A stretch of 26,650 nt of DNA, taken from positions 1,637 through 28,286 of the forward strand of contig CAYFOX010000004.1 in the NCBI GenBank assembly GCA_964344875.1. Reading direction: 5' to 3'. Made by a program: the position numbers and the translations under genes. This DNA is from an uncultured bacterium (GTDB lineage: Bacteria > Chlamydiota > Chlamydiia > Chlamydiales > RGXB01). Below are positions 16,674 to 23,569 of the stretch, piece by piece (the stretch's first letter is position 1; each line of letters opens with the position of its first letter). The notes under the pieces are model-generated. The model searched no databases. It was not told the DNA's origin and saw nothing but the letters and a program-made list of their open reading frames with translations.

Positions 16674-17962
16674 CAGAAATCCTCTAGTTCGTCGTCGAAA
16701 TCATCCAGCATCGGGTCAACCGCGGGGGGAAAATGGCGCATGCCCTCTTTAGACTCCCCTTTTTTTTCGATTTTAGCAAGAGCCTTGGAAGGGGTTGGTG
16801 CCGTTGCGGATAATTTGGTATCTAATGTAACTCTTACAGTCTCTTTTTGTATATGAAGACCATCAAAAACCTCAAATTGGGCAACCCATTTGCCCCCCTC
16901 TTTTTTCATCGAGGAAAAATGTAAGAGCCCGGCATTAAACCTACCGTCAATCGCCTCCTCAAGCTTTGCTTTTTGGGCTCTTATCCAGTCACCGTTTTCC
17001 TCAATCAACCAGTCTCCCACATACATCGCCATCCTGCTTGCTTTTTTCACCCAAATCGCCTCATATCCAAAAGGCTTCGCCCCCTCTAATAAAGTCTGCA
17101 CTTTAGGGGCAAGCCTCTCTGGCCTTTCAAGGGGTATTCTTAAGGGCTCTTTTTGGAACCCTTTTTGATCCCACATGACAAGCTCAATAAAGGTATCCTC
17201 TACGCAGTGTAATTTAGACAAAAAGCAATCGCCCCTTTGCCCTTTATCTACAGCAAAAAAAAGACGCCCTTCTTTAAAATATAAAAGATCATTTTCCAAA
17301 AGAACATACAGCCTTTGTTGGATGGGATCAAAAAGGCGCAAAGTCTCTTTCCTCTCCCTTTTTAGGTACTCTGCCAAGGCGTCTTTCCCCAAAAATTTCA
17401 GGCGTCTGAGATGCTCTTTGAAAATACGTAATTTTCCTGTTTCTCCCCCCCCTTTTTTTTCCTCCAAAGCATGAGCAAAAATCTGTTTTTTTTGGCCGAT
17501 CCACGAGATGCTTAGCTCGATCCCATCATACAAGGCCTGGTATACCCCTGTGTTTTCGTCGGCAAAGCAGAGTTGCCCCTGACTGTCGTATCCAAGATAA
17601 AAGGGGGTTTTTAAAAAAACTGTTTTTTCCTCGTTTTTCCCCCTAATTCTTAAAAGAGCCTCATCCGAGTCTCTATCAGGACGTGTATTGACCCCTAAAA
17701 GTTCCAATTTCTCGGAAAAGGGGGGACATAGCTCATTAAGCTCTGAATAAGAGGTTTTGCACCAGTTGGGGTCCCAATCGGGAAAAACAAATTGCCGTTC
17801 CGATTTATGCCCCTCATGGGGATGCGCAGAGGGGGAATCAGGAAGCTTTGTTAGATAAAGTCCATAGCCAAAAGGGATTAGTGGTGCCAAAATGGCTGCT
17901 GTGGCGATTGTGCTCACCCATCTTTGATAAAACGGAATCCATCGGGAAAAATAGGACCACAT
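16673..17962 (-). CDS. Membrane-anchored hypothetical protein heading the T2SS operon (chlamydial CT573-like, possible GspC-position component)
   Basis: 429 aa with a single N-terminal TM, LELLGVNTRPD motif and acidic C-terminal tail. Its TGA overlaps the gspD ATG by 1 nt. Similarity to CT573 is from position and recalled motif only. Confidence 0.55.
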   Translation of the reverse strand: MWSYFSRWIPFYQRWVSTIATAAILAPLIPFGYGLYLTKLPDSPSAHPHEGHKSERQFVFPDWDPNWCKTSYSELNELCPPFSEKLELLGVNTRPDRDSDEALLRIRGKNEEKTVFLKTPFYLGYDSQGQLCFADENTGVYQALYDGIELSISWIGQKKQIFAHALEEKKGGGETGKLRIFKEHLRRLKFLGKDALAEYLKRERKETLRLFDPIQQRLYVLLENDLLYFKEGRLFFAVDKGQRGDCFLSKLHCVEDTFIELVMWDQKGFQKEPLRIPLERPERLAPKVQTLLEGAKPFGYEAIWVKKASRMAMYVGDWLIEENGDWIRAQKAKLEEAIDGRFNAGLLHFSSMKKEGGKWVAQFEVFDGLHIQKETVRVTLDTKLSATAPTPSKALAKIEKKGESKEGMRHFPPAVDPMLDDFDDELEDF

Positions 17963-17968
17963 GTGTTA

Positions 17969-17974
17969 AGTATA
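17969..17974 (-). promoter_or_regulatory. Candidate -10 element (TATACT) for the T2SS operon, in leaderless geometry
   Basis: TATACT ends 6 nt before the ATG at 17962. No SD sequence is present, and the -35 match is poor. Confidence 0.35.
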
Positions 17975-18001
17975 AAGAAACTAGGGTTTAACATCCATTT
18001 A

Positions 18002-18029
18002 TTGAAAAATATTCATAAATGTTTATTGT
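18002..18029 (+). promoter_or_regulatory. Candidate sigma66 promoter for the 128-aa membrane protein gene
   Basis: TTGAAA (18002-18007), 16-nt spacer, TATTGT (18024-18029). SD-like AAGGA lies upstream of the ATG at 18057. Confidence 0.4.
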
Positions 18030-18056
18030 GAAGAAATAAACAAGGAAATCCATTTC

Positions 18057-18443
18057 ATGGCAAATAATGATTCAAATAAATCTAAGAGAGAGGGTGTTTC
18101 TGTTGAGGAAATGCAATCTTTTTTGAAAAATTACGGAGCTGAAATCAGTCTCTGTCTTATTTTTATCTTCTCAGCTATAGGCGCGCGTTACCTTTTTGGT
18201 ATGGAAACGTGGTGTATCATTCTCTTAGGTATTGGCGGTGTGCTTGGCTGTTTGCTACCCAAACCAATTAGACAAGGGGTGCAGTCTGCGATGAAATTTA
18301 GCGTCGGCTCCAGCAACAACTACGGTCAGCTCATTATAGCTGGTGTAGCTGCAGTGGTTTCGCTATTCGCATCGCCTTTAGCTTTCTTGATCTTTGGTCT
18401 AGTCGCTGGTGAAACACTCATCATGGCGAGAAAAGGGCAATAA
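18057..18443 (+). CDS. Small integral membrane protein of unknown function
   Basis: 128 aa with about four hydrophobic segments, an AAGGA RBS, and divergent orientation from the T2SS operon. Confidence 0.75.
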   Translation: MANNDSNKSKREGVSVEEMQSFLKNYGAEISLCLIFIFSAIGARYLFGMETWCIILLGIGGVLGCLLPKPIRQGVQSAMKFSVGSSNNYGQLIIAGVAAVVSLFASPLAFLIFGLVAGETLIMARKGQ

Positions 18444-18467
18444 TCTATCGCATTCTTCCCTGTTCAT

Positions 18468-18505
18468 CCTCCACCTATTGGTTTTTTAAGACCAATAGTG
18501 GGGGG
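18468..18505. terminator. Hairpin between convergent genes, possible terminator
   Basis: CTATTGGT (18475-18482) and ACCAATAG (18491-18498) form a stem extendable by CCTCCA / TGGGGG with one bulge. There is no strong U-tract on either side. Confidence 0.45.
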
Positions 18506-18523
18506 GTGCGTTGAGTTATCTTT

Positions 18524-19114
18524 TCAAGAATAGAGTGTGTCTACTGAGATGTCCCCTATCTTGTAAAAGTCGAGAACCTCACCAACCTCCTTTGGATGGG
18601 CAACTTTCAGCTCCTCTAGGGCTGCCCAGGTCTTTTGATGGCTAACATTTTTAAGTGTCGATTCCAAAGCAAGAATTCTTAAAAGATTCAAACATTTCAA
18701 AGTGGGTGTTTGCAAATCTTCATGCTGCTTGAGGGATAAATCCAGCGCCTCTTTAAATCTTTTCAAAGAGATCAGCCTAGTTGCCTGAGAAAATTGCGAC
18801 GAAGCTTTTTTGGTTAGTTGCTCTACGATCACTGCATCGTCAAGAAAAAACCTCCCCATTTCCCGCATCAGGTCTCGATGTTTGAGTAAAAAACGGCTCG
18901 CCTGCTTCTTTTCTTTGCTTGAGACCATCTCTTGTTCTTGCATATCCATCAGCGTCGAAAAAACCTCTACCCCCTCTGCCCCGTTTTTGGAACTTAGGGT
19001 AGCAAAAACACTTAAAAAGACTGCTACTGCAACCGCAACTGAGGCATAAACCCAGTATCGCTCAAGCCAGTTTTTTTTAACCCCGGTAGCATCCGTGCGT
19101 AAAACCTCGATCAT
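18524..19114 (-). CDS. Hypothetical protein with a single N-terminal TM anchor and a helical (TPR-like) soluble domain, YfgM-like topology
   Basis: 196 aa. WLERYWVYASVAVAVAVFLSVFA is followed by an amphipathic helical region. AAGGA lies upstream of the ATG. Confidence 0.6.
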   Translation of the reverse strand: MIEVLRTDATGVKKNWLERYWVYASVAVAVAVFLSVFATLSSKNGAEGVEVFSTLMDMQEQEMVSSKEKKQASRFLLKHRDLMREMGRFFLDDAVIVEQLTKKASSQFSQATRLISLKRFKEALDLSLKQHEDLQTPTLKCLNLLRILALESTLKNVSHQKTWAALEELKVAHPKEVGEVLDFYKIGDISVDTLYS

Positions 19115-19274
19115 GGTAGGTGATTTCCTTACTAAAACAGTCCCTGCATTCTACTGAAACAGATTCCCCCTTTTCAAGAAAAAACAACAAACGGGGATTT
19201 ACTCACAAAATAAGAGGGTTGAAAAGAAATTTTTAATTTTTCAAGATGGAAAAAATCCCTTATTTAGGACTTTT

Positions 19275-19781
19275 ATGAACTTTTCTTTGATAAAAGCCGC
19301 TATTGTGGCTGGTATTGTTGTTTTTTTTGCAAACCATTTTATGTGGCAAGCCACACCATTTAGAGAGTCTAGCTATTTCAAAAGTGATTGCGCTGTAAGA
19401 AAATGTCTCAACGAAAACACAAGAGAGAGCGGAATCTATTCAATTAGACCAGATGGGAGCGAGGCTACTCCGGTACGAGTGGTGGCTTTTGTGGACAAAA
19501 CGGTCCATCATAAGGAATGGGTGATTCGTTTAATCTCGATCTTGGAAAAAATCGTAGTGGCAGGACTTATCGGAGGAATCATGCTCGTATTGAGGGCCAA
19601 TAACATTCCCGGCAGGATTGAAACAATCTTGATGATTAGCTTGATTATCACGATTGGTGGTTTTGGATCGATGCTCTTGTGGTGCTCAGTCCCCTTTTCT
19701 ATAAGTGCTTTCGTCCTGTTTACGACATTTTTAAGCTGGACAATAGGTGGTCTTGTTGTGGCAAGAATGCTGAAGATCTAA
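19275..19781 (+). CDS. Integral membrane protein of unknown function (~4 TM)
   Basis: 168 aa with an AGGA RBS. One N-terminal TM, a soluble loop, then further TM segments ending SWTIGGLVVARML. Confidence 0.75.
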   Translation: MNFSLIKAAIVAGIVVFFANHFMWQATPFRESSYFKSDCAVRKCLNENTRESGIYSIRPDGSEATPVRVVAFVDKTVHHKEWVIRLISILEKIVVAGLIGGIMLVLRANNIPGRIETILMISLIITIGGFGSMLLWCSVPFSISAFVLFTTFLSWTIGGLVVARMLKI

Positions 19782-19790
19782 ATAAAACAT

Positions 19791-19821
19791 AAGAGTGAGC
19801 TTTGATTAAGCTTTCGCTCTT
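19791..19821 (-). terminator. Intrinsic terminator of mutY, possibly bidirectional
   Basis: Inverted arms AAGAGTGA (19791-19798) and TCGCTCTT (19814-19821), one mismatch that can pair G-U on the + strand transcript, plus an inner GCTT/AAGC stem. The minus-strand transcript continues ATGTTTTATTT. The hairpin abuts the mutY stop. Confidence 0.55.
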
Positions 19822-20799
19822 TCAAGTCTTCATAAAAGAGGCCAACTGATGTAAAATTTGTCTGTGACCAGACGAAAACGGCCTCTTTAAACACTCCTCA
19901 AGGGTAAAAAACTCTAAATCTTCTTTAAAGGCATCGAGTTTTTTTCTATTCGCAATCAGATAAAATCGATAAAAGGTAGCGGTTGAGGTCACCATTTTAA
20001 AAGGCCCTTTTTTACAAATGGCAAGAAATTCTTTTTCACTAATCTCTGACTCTTCAAAAAGATAAAGATCTCTAAAAAGCCCCTTTTCTCCCCTTTTACG
20101 TATACCAAAAAGATTTTGGCACTCGTATAGATGCACCACTTTATACACCTTTTGAGCCTCTTTTCTTTTTTTCGGGCGTGGGAAATTGTCAACAACTCCC
20201 TCCCTATTTGCAAGGCACCCTTGCGCTAAAGGGCATACAGCACAATCGGCCTTTTTTTTGCAAATGGTGGCCCCAAGTTCGATAAGCGCCTCTGCTATTT
20301 CAAATGGGCGATACGAGCTTAACTCCTCTTCTCCCCTTCTTTTACAATCTTTGATATCCGTCGAGGCATAATACCTGGATAAAACCCTATCAACATTCGC
20401 ATCTACTGCTATCACCTTTTTTTGGAAGGCAAAACTTAATAGGGCATCTGCTGTATAGGGGCCAATCCCCTTGATGGCAGTCAACGAATGAAAGTCCTCT
20501 GGAAATCTTTCAGAAAGAGTCTCCGCAGCTTTGTGGATATTTCTCGCTCTTGAGTAGTATCCCAAACCTTCCCAAGCCTTAAGCACCTTCTCTAGAGGGG
20601 CTTTTTTCAAATCCTCTAAAGTTGGAAAAAGTTTCATCCATCGATTGAAATAATCAATAACAACATCTGCTCTGGTTTGTTGGAGCATCACCTCCGAAAT
20701 CCAAACTCTGTAAGGGGTGTTCTCTATTCTCCACGGAAACTCTCTCTTGGTTTCTAGGAACCATTTTCGTAAAGATTCTTGATCGGTTTTAAAAGACAT
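19822..20799 (-). CDS. mutY: A/G-specific adenine glycosylase MutY
   Basis: REFPWR, YRVWISEVMLQQT, WEGLGYYSRARN, HhH motif IKGIGPYTA, VDANV, and a four-Cys Fe-S motif. Confidence 0.95.
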   Translation of the reverse strand: MSFKTDQESLRKWFLETKREFPWRIENTPYRVWISEVMLQQTRADVVIDYFNRWMKLFPTLEDLKKAPLEKVLKAWEGLGYYSRARNIHKAAETLSERFPEDFHSLTAIKGIGPYTADALLSFAFQKKVIAVDANVDRVLSRYYASTDIKDCKRRGEEELSSYRPFEIAEALIELGATICKKKADCAVCPLAQGCLANREGVVDNFPRPKKRKEAQKVYKVVHLYECQNLFGIRKRGEKGLFRDLYLFEESEISEKEFLAICKKGPFKMVTSTATFYRFYLIANRKKLDAFKEDLEFFTLEECLKRPFSSGHRQILHQLASFMKT

Positions 20800-20815
20800 G
20801 CTAGGTAAAAAGACT

Positions 20816-21805
20816 ATGGCATCAATGGGTTTAATCTACGGCAGCCGTTTTGAGGATATCGACCATATGGCTCCTTTGATGGAGATCTTAGGTCTTCCCT
20901 TATTTGTTACGGATGAAAAAATCTTGGAAAGCATAAGGACTTTTTATCCTGCTGTCAATGTGCAAATCTCTACTCCTCCTCAACTAGGCAAAGCCCTCCT
21001 GAAACAGGGAAATACCCTGATATCCTGCCTACTCACCACTAAAGTTAGACGCCTGTTTGGCCTTGAAGAGTTAATGGAAAAAAGGGCTTTACATACCGTT
21101 TTTGTTCCTCATGGATATGCCCAAGAGGATCTTTCCAAGGGAATTCTGGGAGAAAAACACATCCTTGTGCTGGGAAAAAAAATGGTGGATTTGCTCTATT
21201 CACTCACCACTATGTATAATTTTAAGACTCTTGTCAGCATCGGAAATTATCGCTATCTCTACTTCAAGAAACACCAGTCATTTATGGAAGAAAAAATCGA
21301 ACGCCACTTTTCTTTTGCTAAAGAAGAGAAAGCTCTTTTTTTTCCTACGAACCTGGAGGATCCCACACACATCACTTTTTTAAGGGATCACCTTAAGAAG
21401 GGCTGGAAACTATTTGTTAAGTACCATGCAAAAAATTTTAATGATCTTTTTGATAGAGCAATCCATAGAGAGGAAAAATTAGACACCCCTTATGTCTATC
21501 CCTATTTAGAAAAAGGGTCACTTTTTGTCGTAGAGGACTCTAATGCGGTTTACGATGCCCTTTTCTTTAACACTCCCACCTTTTTTTTCAAAGATCATCC
21601 AGAACTTGATACTCTCGGAATCCGATTTACAGAGAATTTGGACGAGAGTTTGAAAAAAGTAGAAAAACTGCAAATGAAGAAAAAAGAGATTCTCCCGTAT
21701 GCATTTGATCATTATAATTCTTTAGATGAGATCAAAATTAGAGTCATTGCTCTTTTAAAGGACATCAACGAAGGTGACGACACCAACTATAACGAGTTTA
21801 TGTAA
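20816..21805 (+). CDS. CDP-glycerol glycerophosphotransferase (TagF-like, GT-B) family protein, paralogue 1
   Basis: Motifs DHMAPL, VPHG, GNYRY, FFPT, VKYH and YPYL...SNAVYDALFFNTP. It aligns by eye with the downstream paralogue. The ORF track start is 20798, but the ATG at 20816 has AGGT upstream and is preferred. Confidence 0.55.
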   Translation: MASMGLIYGSRFEDIDHMAPLMEILGLPLFVTDEKILESIRTFYPAVNVQISTPPQLGKALLKQGNTLISCLLTTKVRRLFGLEELMEKRALHTVFVPHGYAQEDLSKGILGEKHILVLGKKMVDLLYSLTTMYNFKTLVSIGNYRYLYFKKHQSFMEEKIERHFSFAKEEKALFFPTNLEDPTHITFLRDHLKKGWKLFVKYHAKNFNDLFDRAIHREEKLDTPYVYPYLEKGSLFVVEDSNAVYDALFFNTPTFFFKDHPELDTLGIRFTENLDESLKKVEKLQMKKKEILPYAFDHYNSLDEIKIRVIALLKDINEGDDTNYNEFM

Positions 21806-22634
21806 AGGGATTCTAGCCTCCTTCCCTCATCATCTGGATCATTTAGCCCCAATCTCTTTTTATGAAAAGATTCCCCTTTTAGTACGAAACAATGAGACAG
21901 AAGAGGCTCTCCTCGATTTTTACCCTTGGGTTCCCTACTATCGTTTAGAAAAGTTCCCAAAAATTCATGAACTCGACACTTTTATCAGCACCTCGACAAG
22001 CGAAACACCTTTGAGAGAGTTGCATCATGCGCTACATGGCAAAAAACCCAAAATGGTCCGTTTTCACCATGGTTTTTCCGATAAATTTCAAGATTTCTCT
22101 CTTTATGATTCGGTGTTGTCTTATAAAGATTTTCCCAACTATCGACTCCGTTTCTATCATGAGTTCAAAAAAGAAATTTTTGAAAAAGCAAAACCTTTTT
22201 TACCGGTTCCTGAAACAGCTAAACCCCTTCTCGTAGCTTTAACCTGGGATTCACCCGACATCGAAGAAAAATTAGTACAGCTTTGCCAGCACCCCTTGAA
22301 AGAGCGGTTTGTCTTTAGACTACACCCCATTTTAGCCGAAAGGGAACTCCTGCACATCCGATTACAGGCCAAATATTCTATCCACCTTCTCTCCCATACT
22401 TGCCCCTATATTTACCCTTTTTTGGAGCTGCATAGCGGGATTCTCACCGATAGGTCAAGCATCGGTTACGACACCCTCTATTTTCGTAAGCCCCTTTTTG
22501 TGTTGGATGACGTTCCCTTAAAAAAATTCTCATTTGACACTCTGGAGAATTGGCTGCATGCCTGTGATCAAAGTCGTGAATCACCAAACTTTCAACACGA
22601 GTACACTAAAATATTCGGCGCCTATCCCCATTGA
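21774..22634 (+). CDS. CDP-glycerol glycerophosphotransferase (TagF-like, GT-B) family protein, paralogue 2
   Basis: Motifs HHLDHLAP, FHHGFSDK, PNYR, ALTWD, FRLHP and YPFL...ILTDRSSIGYDTLYFRKPLF, matching the TagF/TagB-type (D.SS..YD....KP) signature. The GTG start overlaps paralogue 1 by 32 nt. Confidence 0.65.
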   Translation: MTTPTITSLCKGILASFPHHLDHLAPISFYEKIPLLVRNNETEEALLDFYPWVPYYRLEKFPKIHELDTFISTSTSETPLRELHHALHGKKPKMVRFHHGFSDKFQDFSLYDSVLSYKDFPNYRLRFYHEFKKEIFEKAKPFLPVPETAKPLLVALTWDSPDIEEKLVQLCQHPLKERFVFRLHPILAERELLHIRLQAKYSIHLLSHTCPYIYPFLELHSGILTDRSSIGYDTLYFRKPLFVLDDVPLKKFSFDTLENWLHACDQSRESPNFQHEYTKIFGAYPH

Positions 22635-23569
22635 GGGGGTAAAATTTGCACGTTATCCAGATACTGTAATTCATGAACCGAAGGACTTGCAGAGAGTCCG
22701 TACGCATATCCACCCTCTTTAAGAGGATCGATTTTTGTGACCACGCCCACATGTAGCCCTCTGGGAAATACCCCATCTAATCCCGTGGTGACTAGGAGAT
22801 CTCCCACCCGAATCAGGTGCTCTGTTCTCAAATCAAAAGGGCCACCCTCGCTATCTGCAAAATCATAATTGAACCCGTAGCCACTTAACGTATCATAAGC
22901 CACCCTCCAACCCGGATTTGCTACCCCCTGAATCACCCCTTTGGCTAAAAGCGCGCCCCGTAGCGGTCTTACCTTTTCCAATAAAACTTGAATCCAATCC
23001 TTAGTGAGCTCTCTGTGCTCCTGGTTTTTAAAAATCTCCTCTTCTTTTTCTAGAAGATTCTTAAGCTCCATGAGCCTCTCCTCAAGATAGATCCCCTTCT
23101 TTCCTCGGTCCACGCGTACAGCTATTTGTAATTTCGGGTCTGTAATTAGCCTCACCAGGCTCTTTTTTTCAAGCACCTCCTCGACAACCCCTACCACCCC
23201 TTTACCCAAAACAACAGGGCTTTTTTTTGCGATCACAGTAGCCCCCAATCGTTTGTTATCCGCCTCTCCCCTGTCTACCCAGATAAAAGAACCAAAAGAG
23301 ATATTTTCCCTAAAGATCACTTTCGCCTGAATCGCATCCCAATCTTTTTGGTCGTAATTAAGCTGGTTGCGTATCGCATCCAACTCATCCTTCAAAAGGA
23401 GATTTTCCAAACTCAGCAGCTCAAGAGTACTATCCCCCCCCGCATGTGAAGAGCTAAAAAACTTTTGCACACTCGACCTTAAACGGATTTCCCTTACAAA
23501 GGGGATTTGTAAAATCAAAAACAGGATCAAGAATAAAAATAAAAGAGTAGAACCTAGTTTTTTATCCAT
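22622..23569 (-). CDS. mreC: Rod shape-determining protein MreC
   Basis: N-terminal TM, coiled coil (LSLENLLLKDEL), AKVIFR...IWVDRG, VVGVVEEV...SLVRLITDP, and IRVGDLLVTTGLDGVFPRGLHVGVV. Confidence 0.9.
   Translation of the reverse strand: MDKKLGSTLLFLFLILFLILQIPFVREIRLRSSVQKFFSSSHAGGDSTLELLSLENLLLKDELDAIRNQLNYDQKDWDAIQAKVIFRENISFGSFIWVDRGEADNKRLGATVIAKKSPVVLGKGVVGVVEEVLEKKSLVRLITDPKLQIAVRVDRGKKGIYLEERLMELKNLLEKEEEIFKNQEHRELTKDWIQVLLEKVRPLRGALLAKGVIQGVANPGWRVAYDTLSGYGFNYDFADSEGGPFDLRTEHLIRVGDLLVTTGLDGVFPRGLHVGVVTKIDPLKEGGYAYGLSASPSVHELQYLDNVQILPPQWG

Noticed and set aside
18057-18443. Possible inclusion membrane (Inc) protein
   Set aside because: The hydrophobic segments are spread over the whole protein rather than forming one bilobed domain with long cytosolic tails, so this cannot be supported without a search.
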